64,000 nt of DNA from an uncultured Methanomicrobiales archaeon (GTDB lineage: Archaea > Halobacteriota > Methanomicrobia > Methanomicrobiales > Methanospirillaceae), in contig CAVWXH010000009.1 in NCBI GenBank assembly GCA_963758915.1, positions 64,001 through 128,000 on the forward strand, written 5' to 3'. Below, one piece after another: positions 29,857-41,052 of the stretch; position 1 is the stretch's first letter; each line of letters begins with the position of its first letter. The position numbers and the translations under genes are program-made. The notes under the pieces are model-generated. The model ran no database searches, was not told the origin of the DNA, and saw only the letters and a program-made list of their open reading frames with translations.

Positions 29857-31338
29857 TTACCTTTTTCTGGTCCCGCTTAATGAACCGAACATTCCCCGGA
29901 TAATTTCACGGCCGATCTGGCTCCCGATGACAACGGCTGCACCCTTTGCCGCCTTGCCGATGAGATCGCCCGTGCCTGACTGCCTGCCAGATGAAGGTGA
30001 TTTTCTTGGAGTTTCCCTTGATTTTTCTGCAATTTCTGGCGGAACTGTTTTTTCTGCCCTGGATTTTAATTGTTCGTACGCAGACTCCCGGTCAACAATA
30101 GTAGCATATTGTGCATGGAATGGTGAATTCCTGATGACCTGGTTACGTTCATCAGGGGTGAGCGGGGCCATCCTGCTGTGGGGGGGATAGATAAGCGCCC
30201 GTTCGACGACCATGGGTCTCCCCTGGCTATCCAGCATCGAGACCAGCGCTTCCCCGATCCGTAGTTCCATGATTGCGTTAGCGGTGTCAAACGCCGGGTT
30301 TGCACGTAACGTCTGGGCGGCACCCTTTACATTTTTCTGGTCTTTCGGGGTGAAGGCACGGAGCGCATGATGCACACGGTTCCCGAGCTGGCCGAGGACT
30401 GCATCAGGGAGATCCAGGGGGTTTTGCGTGACAAAAAATACCCCGATCCCTTTGGAGCGGATCAACCTGACTACCTGTGTAATCCGTTCCTTCAGCATAT
30501 CAGGTGTGTCCTGGAAGAGCAGGTGGGCCTCGTCGAAAAAAAAGACCAGTTTTGGCTTCGGGGGATCGCCTGCTTCGGGGAATTTTTCGAACAGTTCCGA
30601 CAGGAGCCAGAGCAGGAGCGTCGCATAGACTTTCGGTGACTGCATCAGTCTGTCAGCTGCAAGGATATTGATCATCCCCCTGCCGGAGGGATCGGCCCTG
30701 GAAAAGTCCATGATGTTTAATGCCGGCTCACCAAAAAAGCGGTCACCACCCTGCTGTTCAAGGGTCAGCAGGCCCCTCTGTATTGCACCGATGCTTGCCG
30801 TTGATATATTTCCATACTGTGTCCGGAGGTCTTTTGCATGATCACCACAGTACTGGCAGATCGCCCTGAGATCTTTTAAGTCCAGCAATAAAAGGCCCTG
30901 GTCATCCGCAATTTTGAAAAGCATGGTCAATACATCTGACTGGATGTCACTCAGATCCAGGATCCGTGCCAGGAGCAATGGACCCATCTCCGAGACCGTC
31001 GTCCGCACGGGATGGCCAAGCTCCCCATAAACGTCCCAGAACGTGACAGGATAACCTTCGTAGGAAAAACCAGGAAGACCGACCTCTGCTGCCCGGTCGG
31101 TGATCTTCGGATTATCCCCGCCCGCCATAACTATACCGGAAAGGTCGCCCTTAATATCTGCCAAAAAGACAGGGACTCCCATGCTGCTGAAATTTTCCGC
31201 AAGGACACGCAGGGTGACGGTTTTACCCGTGCCGGTTGCCCCCGCAACCAGGCCATGGCGGTTCGCCATCCCGGGCAGCATATTGACTATCTCCCGCCCT
31301 TTTGCAATGGGAACGGGCGAAACAGTATCGGTCATCAC
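29857..31338 (-). CDS. HerA-like ATPase, DUF853/YjgR family
   Basis: [39 protein letters not shown]. Confidence 0.93.
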   Translation of the reverse strand: MMTDTVSPVPIAKGREIVNMLPGMANRHGLVAGATGTGKTVTLRVLAENFSSMGVPVFLADIKGDLSGIVMAGGDNPKITDRAAEVGLPGFSYEGYPVTFWDVYGELGHPVRTTVSEMGPLLLARILDLSDIQSDVLTMLFKIADDQGLLLLDLKDLRAICQYCGDHAKDLRTQYGNISTASIGAIQRGLLTLEQQGGDRFFGEPALNIMDFSRADPSGRGMINILAADRLMQSPKVYATLLLWLLSELFEKFPEAGDPPKPKLVFFFDEAHLLFQDTPDMLKERITQVVRLIRSKGIGVFFVTQNPLDLPDAVLGQLGNRVHHALRAFTPKDQKNVKGAAQTLRANPAFDTANAIMELRIGEALVSMLDSQGRPMVVERALIYPPHSRMAPLTPDERNQVIRNSPFHAQYATIVDRESAYEQLKSRAEKTVPPEIAEKSRETPRKSPSSGRQSGTGDLIGKAAKGAAVVIGSQIGREIIRGMFGSLSGTRKR

Positions 31339-31589
31339 AATCCGTCTCCAATATAGTGTCTGGTAAGATATGGTTCATTCGGTCACGGCTTTTTCAGCAA
31401 GACTTTTTTTATAAACAGCAACTCGGGAAAGAGTTCTTGTGCACTCCGCGGGGAATTCCCCCACCTCACGGTTCAGTGCCATCACGCTAAGCAGGTTTCC
31501 CTTCAATTTCATTCGCGGAGCGTAACGATCTCATAGTCATACCCGGCAAAACCTCTATCGTATTCTGCAACAGAATTGATGATCAGGAT

Positions 31590-32384
31590 ATGCAGGACTG
31601 TCCGGTTATACTGGTCCATGGCTGGAAGAGCCACCCGGGGATCTGGAAAAATCTTATTCCAAGACTTTCAGAGGAAGATATTCCATTCTGGAACTTTGAT
31701 CACGTGGCGATGGATGATACATCACTCGGGGAGATAGCGACGGGTCTGCAGCATTATATCCATTCGGTGAGAGAGGAGACCGGTTACTCAGGGAACCTCG
31801 ATATTGTCTGCCATTCCATGGGGACCTGCATCGCCCGGTACCTGCTTGAAGTGGTTGACGGAAAGGAAAAACAGGAGAAGGTACGGCAGCTTATCGGTAT
31901 CGGGCCACCGAATAATGGTTCAGCTATGGCGGAGCTGTTCAATCACCCTGACCATGGCCCGAAGGTTATCAATACCCTGACCGGAGTCTTTGTGCCGGAA
32001 GGCTACATTCCTGAAGATGACGTTATTGTCCAGGAATTTCGCCCCGGGAGCCAGACCATGAAGACGCTTTCCCGGGCCGGGCTTAGAAAAGACATCACGT
32101 ACCGGATAATCCTCTCAACTAACCGGACACAGACACCAGACCTCTTCCCGCAATTCAAAGGAAAGACGCCTGAACTTCTTCCCGATGGCACATGGCACCT
32201 GACCTGGGAAGGGGATGGAATTGTCACACATTCCGACTCACACCTTTCCGGGGCCGAAATCGTTATTTTGCCAAAGGATCTGGGAAATTTTAACCAGTAC
32301 CCGGATCACTACAGCCATATTAAGCTGCCACGGAATTCCGAAGTGGTTGAACAGGTCATCAGGTTCCTGAAAATTCAACGGTAA
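31590..32384 (+). CDS. Alpha/beta hydrolase (lipase/esterase-like)
   Basis: VILVHGW, nucleophile elbow CHSMG, GPPNNGS, GDGIV, SH. Confidence 0.88.
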   Translation: MQDCPVILVHGWKSHPGIWKNLIPRLSEEDIPFWNFDHVAMDDTSLGEIATGLQHYIHSVREETGYSGNLDIVCHSMGTCIARYLLEVVDGKEKQEKVRQLIGIGPPNNGSAMAELFNHPDHGPKVINTLTGVFVPEGYIPEDDVIVQEFRPGSQTMKTLSRAGLRKDITYRIILSTNRTQTPDLFPQFKGKTPELLPDGTWHLTWEGDGIVTHSDSHLSGAEIVILPKDLGNFNQYPDHYSHIKLPRNSEVVEQVIRFLKIQR

Positions 32385-32398
32385 CTAATACATATCCT

Positions 32399-32736
32399 GG
32401 CTGGTATGAAAAACTACGGCAAAACAATCAAAATGCCAATTTTTTCATGTGAATCTATGAGCCAGAGGCTCGTAGCACGCTCTGTTGCTATGGTCAAATC
32501 TATCTCGCAGATTGGAGTATTCCCAAATTTACCAACGCTCCGGGGGTTCCGCCCCGCTGCTTTGGCGCCCCGGTTGGGATAGAAACTATACCCCAATACT
32601 CTGAATTTAATGAGCCTTCGCCGAAACCCTGCCCGAAGAATATCTTAATGGGGGAGGGGCAGGGAGGGGTGAAACCCCATCCTGTCTTCGTATTTCCCTG
32701 TTATTTTTTAAGACACCGAAGGGTTTAAACAAAGCC
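32399..32736 (+). mobile_element. Composite repeat R5 (module C, TIR, core A, TIR)
   Basis: GGCTGGTATGAAAAA...GCACGCTCTGTTG...core...GGGTTTAAACAAAGCC. Confidence 0.85.
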
Positions 32737-32961
32737 CACATCTTATGAAAAGCCCCTGATCACCGGGAACCTGTACGATCTGCATGGTTATGACGGTTTG
32801 CCTGGGCTGCCTGCCAGGCCCCTGGGTCACAGGTATCCATGGTTACCATAGATTTTCTGACAATTTTCACGGGAAGAACAGATAGGGCGTCATCCCTGTT
32901 TTAAAAACCACCCGGATACTAGAGCTGTTTTTATGAGCATACACGGAAAATAGCTTCCTGA

Positions 32962-33387
32962 ATGCAAAAAAATACCCTGGTCCTTGCCATTATAGTTGTG
33001 GTGATACTCATCACGGCCTCTGCGATGGTTCTTACATCCCTGTTCAGGCCTGCCAGTGCAACAGTTTTCTCCGTGACAACGGACAGGGACCTTTACCATT
33101 CCAATGATGTCATGATGATGAAGATCCTCGTTAATTCCACCGGGTTTACAACCGATACCTTTCTAAAAATAGAGGGAATTAAGGATACATATGGCCAGAC
33201 CCGGTTAACTCATAGTATGAATGCAAACCTCACACCGGGGCCGAACATCTTCCTGTACGATTACCATCTCCCCTCCTGCTCTAAGTGTTCAGGACTTGAC
33301 CCAGGTAACTACCCGATCAATGTTTCACTGGTGAAAAACGGGACTGTCGTTTCAAATTTGTCGGTAACCGTTCATTTAGAACAATAA
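32962..33387 (+). CDS. Membrane-anchored hypothetical protein (Ig-like, CSKC)
   Basis: N-terminal TM, TTDRDLYHS, LPSCSKCSGLDPG. Confidence 0.65.
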   Translation: MQKNTLVLAIIVVVILITASAMVLTSLFRPASATVFSVTTDRDLYHSNDVMMMKILVNSTGFTTDTFLKIEGIKDTYGQTRLTHSMNANLTPGPNIFLYDYHLPSCSKCSGLDPGNYPINVSLVKNGTVVSNLSVTVHLEQ

Positions 33388-33468
33388 TTTTTTTTACAGG
33401 ACACATTTCTCACAGGCCTGGTTGCCACAGGCGATATTATCAATCTTTCAGTGCCCATCTTTTCATCC

Positions 33469-33670
33469 CCTTGTTGAGCTCCACAATCTCAAGTCCGCTT
33501 TCGGTGAGGGTATATTCACTCTTCACAGGGACAGGGAATAATCTCCAAATATCTGAAATTTTCTTCCAATGCCCAATTGAACGCTGCAAAAATGAATGTC
33601 TCACCAGGGGTGGGGCAGGGAGGGGGTGAAGCCAACTCCTGGTCTTAAGTTTCTCATTTTTTTAAATTAA
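33469..33670 (+). repeat. Degenerate repeat R6
   Basis: TCTGAAATTTTCTTCCAATGCCCAATTGAAC...GGGGTGGGGCAGGGAGGGGGTGAAGCCAACTCCTG matches the R7 core; left boundary approximate. Confidence 0.7.
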
Positions 33671-33699
33671 TACCCAGTTGATTGTTGAATTAACCAAAA

Positions 33700-33858
33700 T
33701 TATTCATAATAATTCTTCCATAAACCCACAATGGCAATTATAATGAGAATAAATCCGGTGATAGCATAGAAGTAATTGAGTACGCCTGGATATAACGCCA
33801 TGATGGATATGACTATCCCGAGGAAAAGCAGTAAGAAAAAGATAATTCTTGGGCTCAT
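33700..33858 (-). CDS. Small two-TM membrane protein (52 aa) not in ORF track
   Basis: MSPRIIFFLLLFLGIVISIMALYPGVLNYFYAITGFILIIIAIVGLWKNYYE; AGAGGT just upstream of ATG. Confidence 0.6.
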   Translation of the reverse strand: MSPRIIFFLLLFLGIVISIMALYPGVLNYFYAITGFILIIIAIVGLWKNYYE

Positions 33859-34038
33859 ATACCTCTGTTATCTCATTATATGTGATAAATAGGTGGGAAG
33901 GGAGATCACGATTCCATCAGTACACCCGATCACTGCATTTATTTTTAAAAAAAAATATGCAGGGTATCCCCAAAAAACCCAGAATGATACAGTGCGTCTG
34001 GACCAACATTACGATGCACGTGATACCGGGAACCTGAA

Positions 34039-34689
34039 TTATAGCCTGCCTGGGCCGTAAAGGGAATTTCTAATTGTGACCAGCCCTCCATAGAATTCCT
34101 CCAGGTATTCATCCATCAGAAGGCTCCCTTCCTCGAAAGGGCAGTCTTCCTCAATTATTTTGTTGATCATATCCCGGGTTGGGAGGATCATATCTATCGG
34201 GACACCAGCTTCATTTGACCCCCTGATAAAGGCCTCACGAAAGACCCCGATACAGTATGCGATCCGAAATTTGTAGACCTCCCGGGTCTTTTCCAGGTAT
34301 CCTTTCACCCTCATGGTCTCTATCCTGAGGAAGTCGGCCTGGACTTTTTCATCTTTGCATTTTCCAAGCATGTACTTGTAATGCGCATACGGGTACATCT
34401 CCTCAAGTTCAGCAGGAAGGATCCCACACGTACCGAAAATAACAATATGATAGTCTGACGGTTCAAATACACCAGATATTATTTTCCTGATAATCCGGTG
34501 GCTGGGGCTTGCACTGTATGGTTTACGGACAGCACATGGCATAAAAATAGCAATGTCCCGGGGTGCGACCTCATATTCATCGATGATATACCGGTATGAC
34601 GTTTCAAATTCAGGAAGGTAAAACGGGGGACCAGTCAGGAGATCTTTGGTTGTATTTTTATCCGCCCCCGGTTTTTCCTCGTCTGGCAT
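34039..34689 (-). CDS. Stand-alone DUF5591 protein (archaeosine synthase ArcS-related domain)
   Basis: FMPCAVRKPYSASPSH and G-x-x-PAELEEMYP-x-x-HY motifs. Confidence 0.75.
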   Translation of the reverse strand: MPDEEKPGADKNTTKDLLTGPPFYLPEFETSYRYIIDEYEVAPRDIAIFMPCAVRKPYSASPSHRIIRKIISGVFEPSDYHIVIFGTCGILPAELEEMYPYAHYKYMLGKCKDEKVQADFLRIETMRVKGYLEKTREVYKFRIAYCIGVFREAFIRGSNEAGVPIDMILPTRDMINKIIEEDCPFEEGSLLMDEYLEEFYGGLVTIRNSLYGPGRL

Positions 34690-34891
34690 GGTTATTCCAT
34701 ATCAGATTATCCCGGTGGCACAAGAATATTATTCAGGGGACGGGCCATCTGGTTGCAATGATCTGGTCAATGTCAGACAGACAGTTACAGGTCCCGTTCA
34801 ATTCTCAATTGACTCCCAATTTATTCGCAGTCAACCGTATCATTAAGTGGTTCCGGGCTGACTCTACCATAATCAACAATGGGTTGGAACA

Positions 34892-35356
34892 ATGAACTAC
34901 TCAGTGATCCTGGTGGGCATTGGCATTATCTGCCTGATGACCATCGTGTCCTCAGGCTGCCTCGGCGCAACACCTGGCAGCCCGCAACCAGTACAGACAC
35001 CGCCACCGGTACCTTCGGGGACGCCGGTACAGCCTGGGCACCAGGTGGTAGATGAAGAACAGAACAAAGCGACAGTGAATCTGGCGCTAAACAGCACAGT
35101 TACGCTGAAACTGAACGAAAATCCGACAACAGGGTTCCAATGGAACCTGACGACGACCCCGGGGCTCGTTGTCACCGCTGATAACTACCAGCCAGCGGCA
35201 CCGCAACTCATGGGTTCAGGCGGGGCCCATACCTGGGACATGAAAGCAGTCAGGACCGGCACAGAGGAGGTAAAGGCGGTTTACAGGCGGTCATGGGAGC
35301 CAGTGACCGGCAATGAGACCACATTCTCAATGACCGTAATCGTTGCGAACACGTAA
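34892..35356 (+). CDS. Lipoprotein, chagasin-family (I42) cysteine protease inhibitor
   Basis: Lipobox SSGC; ENPTTGFQW, GSGG and YRRSWE motifs. Confidence 0.9.
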   Translation: MNYSVILVGIGIICLMTIVSSGCLGATPGSPQPVQTPPPVPSGTPVQPGHQVVDEEQNKATVNLALNSTVTLKLNENPTTGFQWNLTTTPGLVVTADNYQPAAPQLMGSGGAHTWDMKAVRTGTEEVKAVYRRSWEPVTGNETTFSMTVIVANT

Positions 35357-36024
35357 AAGAAATCAATCCCCGTACTCCGACCTCCTACTCTTTTTTCATT
35401 GAATTGTTCCATTGAAATAGAATATTGCCAGCTATACCTTAATTTGGGATATCCTCGGCAAAACCGGATAACAGATACACCAGCAGGCGGACATCATGGG
35501 AAGACCCCGGCATTGGGTGGACTTTTTATAATTTATGATCATAGTATCGCCCATGTCTCCAAGACACATCTCAAAAGAGATACCTGTCCGTTTACGATCA
35601 CCATTGACGGGACAGGACAGGGCCCGCCACCGGGACTCCCATCGGCACCATCCCGAATCAAACCCTTTTCCCCATCCACCCCACCAGTCATATAGAAAGC
35701 CCGCACTTCCACCAAGGCACCACCCCCACACCAGACCTGTTGACCTGAATATCGATCACGGAAGCCGGCAGGACCGGCCTCAACCGGAAAAAATATTTAG
35801 CAAACTTAATAAAAATGAGTTCAGGCGGCTATAAGGAATTTTTTTTATTGAGAACAACCTTTTTTTCTGTAACAGCTGGACCGGACCGCATTGTAACACA
35901 CCCATGTTGAAAAATTTTTACTGCTGCCGGGCAGAGGGGTCAGTCAGTAATCGGGGATAAGGATAAACCATTTCTACCACTAGTACAAATTTATATAAAA
36001 AATTCTTACATGAAGGTGAAATGA

Positions 36025-36441
36025 ATGGGACTTTTTGATAAACTGGCTGGGACCAGGACAGTAGAGCTGAATCCTAAATCAGCACTAGTACTAACCGCGC
36101 TTACCGTTGTTGCAGCAGATGGTGTAATTGACGAAGCAGAAATGCTTGACCTGGCAAAGATTGTCCGTGGGGACAGGAAATCCATTGATGATGCAATGGC
36201 GGTCCTTAAGGTAAATTCACTAGAAGGATCGATGGACCTCGTCACAAAATGCTTAAACGAGAAACAGAAGATCGCGACACTCGCCATAGTAATTGACGTT
36301 GCCATGGCCGATGGGGTGCTCGCTGAAAATGAACAGAAACTCATACAGATGTATATTAACAAGTTTGGAGTATCCGAAGACATTCTCAAACCGATCTTTG
36401 ATACCGTAGCAATCAAGAACGATTTTTCGATCTTCACATAA
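36025..36441 (+). CDS. TerB-family (tellurite resistance-like) protein
   Basis: Two AADGxxxExE repeats. Confidence 0.85.
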   Translation: MGLFDKLAGTRTVELNPKSALVLTALTVVAADGVIDEAEMLDLAKIVRGDRKSIDDAMAVLKVNSLEGSMDLVTKCLNEKQKIATLAIVIDVAMADGVLAENEQKLIQMYINKFGVSEDILKPIFDTVAIKNDFSIFT

Positions 36442-36654
36442 TTTTTTTTAAAATATACCCACGATTTTTGATTACCCCCGGTTCCGGTAAAAAGGTCCCG
36501 GTGCAGGGGTTCCGATCGGAGTGGCTTCCATTCAGGCGGGAATAACCGTCCTGAAAATACCTGATTGCATTTTTTAGTTACTGGTCCTGCCCCATAGCCA
36601 GGGAGGGGATGGATATATGAGATAACGGCCTCCAGATACAATAAGGATCGCTAC

Positions 36655-37326
36655 ATGGAACTGATAAGCCAGTTTATCCTTCCCTATTGGCTCAACCTGC
36701 TTGCACTCTTCCTGATGGCATTAACCGGCGCAATCGCAGCGATTGAAGAAGGTTACGATATTATCGGTGTGACGGCACTCGCGTTAATTGCCGGGACCGG
36801 TGGGAGCCTTCTTCGGGACATGATCCTCCAGCAGGGGATACCCCTGTTTTTCCGTGACCCTTCGTTCCTCTATGCGGTGGTACTGGCAGTCCTGATCGGG
36901 ATAGTGTTCCGTTCATATATATTTCAAAATAAAAGACCATTCAACATATCATTTCTCCTGTTCGATGCCCTCGGCCTGGGGATATTCGGGGTTGTCGGGA
37001 CCCAGATGGCCTTGTTTGCAGGTCTGGCTTCAGCACCGGCAATACTTACCGGTGTGATAAACGCCACCGGCGGGGGCCTGCTCAGGGATGTGCTGACCGC
37101 TCGTGAACCACTTATTTTCAAGCCCAGCCAGTATTACGCGGCTACATCACTCGCCGGGTGCATAATTTTTGTCGCTATTGCACTGTTGCTGGGCCAGAGC
37201 GCGGTAACTGCTGCGTTCGCTGCGATATTTCTGACATTTTTCCTCCGTGCACTAACCATGTGGTTTGACTGGAAGACGAAACCATTGATTGATGTAACCA
37301 TGCTCCAAAAAAAGAAACAGGAATGA
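36655..37326 (+). CDS. TRIC cation channel family (UPF0126) protein
   Basis: Duplicated GGxLLRD motifs; FDALGLG. Confidence 0.9.
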   Translation: MELISQFILPYWLNLLALFLMALTGAIAAIEEGYDIIGVTALALIAGTGGSLLRDMILQQGIPLFFRDPSFLYAVVLAVLIGIVFRSYIFQNKRPFNISFLLFDALGLGIFGVVGTQMALFAGLASAPAILTGVINATGGGLLRDVLTAREPLIFKPSQYYAATSLAGCIIFVAIALLLGQSAVTAAFAAIFLTFFLRALTMWFDWKTKPLIDVTMLQKKKQE

Positions 37327-37328
37327 AC

Positions 37329-37760
37329 GGCTCTGTAGAATTTCCCTCAAATCTGTCTTGCAGATTGGTAATTCCAACATTTCATCACGCTCCAGGGGCT
37401 TGCGGCCCGCCGCTTTGGCGACCCCGGTTGGGATAAGGAATGATATTCAAATCTCTGAAATTTCCTTCCAATGTCCCAATTGAACCCTGCCAATGAATAT
37501 CTTATCGGGGGTGGGGCAGGGAGGGGGTGAAACCCCCTCCTGTCACCGTATTCCCACTTTTTTTAAATATGAAGGGTTTCCCATGAAAATACCTGAAGGG
37601 AGCCCAATATAAGGATATTTTGAACGAGGCATTTTCATTGTTTGGGTGTGAACACCCTGTTCATGTGTGTTTCTACAGAGCGTGCTATGAGCCGTTGGCT
37701 CATAGATGAGTATGAAAAAGGTCGTCTTTCAGGTGGTTCGTGGAGTTTTTCATACCAGCC
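37329..37760 (+). mobile_element. Composite repeat R7 (TIR, core A, module B, TIR, module C)
   Basis: Perfect 11-bp inverted repeat GCTCTGTAGAA (37330-37340) / TTCTACAGAGC (37671-37681); starts 2 bp after the TRIC stop. Confidence 0.88.
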
Positions 37761-37953
37761 GAATGAACAACTAATCCAGGGCTTCGCTGAAAATTTCCCC
37801 TGGTACTTTTTAGCAGTAAAAAGGGAGATTGTACTGACGGGGTCTGAATTGCAGATCCCGGACATCCCCTTTTCAGTATTGTTTTTACCTGGTATGAACA
37901 CGACACAGATAATAATACAGGCAACAATCTGGTTCTTCTTTCCAGCCGTGGAA

Positions 37954-39441
37954 TTATACGTGCCTGATCCCGGTATGATCAGACAGCTCGGAATTTATCG
38001 TGCAAAGGTCCCCGGGGTTCATGCGGTGCACATCGCGGTACCCGGTGAGCCTTGCGAAATCCTTCAGCTCATTTGTTGAAACTCTCAGGTAATTCTCAAG
38101 TTTTTTTGCAGAAATATCAATATTCAGGCGTTTCCGCAGGAGGGGGTCCTGCGTGGTAATCCCCATCGGGCACAGTCCTGTACTGCACAACCGGTACTGC
38201 TGGCAGCCGCATGCCATCAGCGCAGCGGTGCCGATAGCAATGGCATCGGCACCGAGAGCAAGTGCCTTTGCAAAATCCGATGAGACCCTGAAACCCCCGG
38301 TGATAATCAGCGAGATATTCTTTGCACCTTTTTCATCAAGGTGTTTTCTTGCCCGGAACAGTGCGAACGGTGTAGGTACAGAGGTCGCGGCCTTGATAAA
38401 CTTAAAGGCCGCACCCGTTGCACCCGGCCTTCCATCCACGGTGATAAAATCTGCACCTGCATAAATAATCGCGTCCATGTCTTCTTCAATGTGCCCGGCT
38501 GCAATTTTTACACCAACCGGTTTCCCCCCGGATTTTTCGCGGAGCCATTCGATTTTTCTCAATAAATCATCCTGGTTTCTGATGTCCGGATAGATGGCAG
38601 GGCTGACGATGTCAGTACCCACCGGGTACCCCCGTACCTTTGCGATCTCAGGGGTGACTTTCTCTGCCGGGAGTCGGGCACCAAGCCCTGGCTCCGCGGA
38701 CTGTCCGATTTTTATCTCAATTGCATCAACAGATTGCAGGTTTTCATCAGTGACACCATAGAGGTTCGGGACATATTCAAAGATATATTTATAGGCATTT
38801 TCCCTGGATTCCGGGAGAATTCCCCCCTCACCCGAACACATCGCAGTTTTTACCCCGGCACTCCCTTTCGAGAGGGCGATTTTCACTTCCCTTGAGAGTG
38901 CACCAAATGACATGTGGGTAATAAATACCGGGGTTTCGATTACCAGGGGTACTTTTGCAGCCGGGCCGATCACAGTCCTCGTCATGACCTCCTGGTCAGT
39001 ACCCACCGGGATCTTTGCAATCTGCGCCCCCATAATCAGGATATCATCCCAGGAAATCGTCGGTTTCCGGGTCCTCATCGGTTCAATGATTGATTCACCG
39101 GTAATGGCCATGGTATGGATATCTTCCATGTAAACCTCCAGAGGATCTGTTTTTCTTGCCCACCCCTCCTGGTATGCGGGAGAGATCTGTTCATGGATAC
39201 CTGGCGCGGTACCCGGATTTTCAGAGCCGCATACCCTGCATATATAAGCCCTGTCAATCAATCCCTGGCCGGGTTCCCGAGGGACCAGTGTGAGGTGAGT
39301 CCGGTCTGCACCGCATATCGGGCAGTTCCAGCCATCAGGAAATTGTTCAGGTTCCGTTCCTGGTTTGATCCCGGTTGTGGAACTACCCCGGCCAGGTTCA
39401 TATTCAAATGTATTACAGACATTACACCGGTAGAGGGGCAT
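37954..39441 (-). CDS. Rubredoxin-fused FMN-binding glutamate synthase-family protein
   Basis: YRCNVC...WNCPICG rubredoxin; MSFGALS, SGEGG, EIKIGQ; GCQQYRLCSTGLCPMGI [3Fe-4S] motif. Confidence 0.9.
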   Translation of the reverse strand: MPLYRCNVCNTFEYEPGRGSSTTGIKPGTEPEQFPDGWNCPICGADRTHLTLVPREPGQGLIDRAYICRVCGSENPGTAPGIHEQISPAYQEGWARKTDPLEVYMEDIHTMAITGESIIEPMRTRKPTISWDDILIMGAQIAKIPVGTDQEVMTRTVIGPAAKVPLVIETPVFITHMSFGALSREVKIALSKGSAGVKTAMCSGEGGILPESRENAYKYIFEYVPNLYGVTDENLQSVDAIEIKIGQSAEPGLGARLPAEKVTPEIAKVRGYPVGTDIVSPAIYPDIRNQDDLLRKIEWLREKSGGKPVGVKIAAGHIEEDMDAIIYAGADFITVDGRPGATGAAFKFIKAATSVPTPFALFRARKHLDEKGAKNISLIITGGFRVSSDFAKALALGADAIAIGTAALMACGCQQYRLCSTGLCPMGITTQDPLLRKRLNIDISAKKLENYLRVSTNELKDFARLTGYRDVHRMNPGDLCTINSELSDHTGIRHV

Positions 39442-39903
39442 GGTTTCACCATTGTATAAGAAATGAGTATTATATGGGGACAGCAAATAACCACCGGTTA
39501 TTAATCCGGCAGCAACCCGGGAACTATTGACCCTGAACCGGACTGATTGCCACGGCCCCTTTAAATAAACAGAGTTGAACCCTGTGGAGGTCCGGGAACG
39601 CGGCTGGAGAGAATATAATCTGCTGACCACGCGAGGCCCTGACAATTTCGCCAGAAAAAGCGCTGTCAAAAATCAGCCCACTCGTCGCACGTTTGCCAGA
39701 TAATATACCACGCTCCATTTCTTCACTTCCCGGTTTAATCCGGGATCTTGGAACAGGTCATAACTTATTGTAAGGATATTTTGAAGTAAATCCTGATTTT
39801 GGCGTGTTTTCAAATCTTTCAACCATTCAGTTCGAAACCTGGCGGAAGACATACATTAAAATTGAAAAGTATCCTACCGTCAGGTACAGGAAGTGAATCA
39901 AGA

Positions 39904-40444
39904 ATGAGAAAAATATATTATATCTGTTTTATTGGCATTTTGTTATCCCTGGCTGCCATTTCCCCGGTGATTGCAATTTCACCGGTAACGACCTTACACA
40001 GCAATTATTTCTACTCTGCAACGCTGCTTAAACCCGGACAGAACAGGTTTGCCGGGTCGGCTGATATGTTCACCCTGGTAAAACCTGCCACAACGTACAG
40101 CCGTTTTGCCTCGTATACCCAGATGTCCACAGGTAATACCCAGACATTTACAGAACGTGATTCCGGTAAAACGGTGACCGTCACCAAAGGGCAGGTCGTA
40201 AAAGTCCTGCTTAACGAGAACCCTACAACGGGATACCGGTGGGAGCCGTCATTAAGCTCAGGCATACAGGTAATGGATGATACCTATGCTGCGTCAACAT
40301 CAGGGAGAATGGGCGCAGGTGGGATTCCATACCTGGACACTCAGGATAACAGGTCCCGGGACCCAGCATTTCGATGCTTCCTACAAGCGCTCGTGGGAGT
40401 CCGGGTCTGCTGATAGTTATTCGATACAGTTTATCGTTGCATAA
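39904..40444 (+). pseudogene. Secreted chagasin (I42) protein, frameshifted near 40327
   Basis: ENPTTGYRW...GAGG; shifted frame continues HTWTLRIT...YKRSWE...IQFIVA*, aligning with 34892-35356. Confidence 0.8.
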
Positions 40445-40547
40445 GATTACTAAATCCTGACAACCGATTTTTTTTACTCTGCAGCAGGGTAAATTTTAGT
40501 CTTGTTATCACCATCCAAAAATCGATCCGGCAGATTTCGGGTAACCC

Positions 40548-41052
40548 GGCTGGTATAAAAAACTCCAGGTAACCACTAGAAAGGCCACCATTTCCAATGA
40601 AAATACCTATCCGTGGGGATCTGCAGCCCCCTGAAATCGTTGCATGCCTGCAACTTATTTTCATTCTTTATGCCCGGCCGCTGGGATGTCATCGGCGGTT
40701 AATATGAAAATGATCCCCGGGCATTCAATTTTCATCCTGTATGCATGTGGCCTTCCGGCATCATCTCCGTTTTCATGGTTATCTATGTACCAAAGTGCTC
40801 ATAGCACACCTGGTTGAATCCCTGCGTTATTAGAATAAGGAAGGCAAGATACGTAGACAGGGGGGGTTTCTCACCCCCGACAGGATATCCTTTGGGCAGC
40901 GTTTCCAGGCGATAATAAATTTCCGAGTATCGAAGTGCAGTCTCTATCCCAACCGGGGTCGCCAAAGCGGCGGGCCATGAGCCCCGGAGTATGAGTAAAT
41001 CTGGGAATACCCAGGGTCACCAGGATGGATTTAAGGGCATCTCAACAGAGCC
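40548..41052 (-). mobile_element. Composite degenerate repeat R8 (module C, B-type ATGAAAAT hairpins, core A reversed, TIR)
   Basis: GGCTGGTATAAAAA start; TCTCTATCCCAACCGGGGTCGCCAAAGCGGCGGGCCATGAGCCCCGG; end CTCAACAGAGCC. Confidence 0.8.

Noticed and set aside
29102-32384. Deaminase + HerA-like ATPase + hydrolase as an anti-phage system
   Set aside because: The genes are convergent or divergent rather than operonic, and each fits a widespread housekeeping-type family (ComEB-like, DUF853).
36006-36641. 211-aa minus-strand ORF
   Set aside because: Antisense to the TerB-family gene.
39442-39669. 76-aa N-terminal extension of the glutamate synthase-like ORF
   Set aside because: Rubredoxin starts immediately after ATG 39441, which follows a GGTGA SD; the extension looks non-coding.
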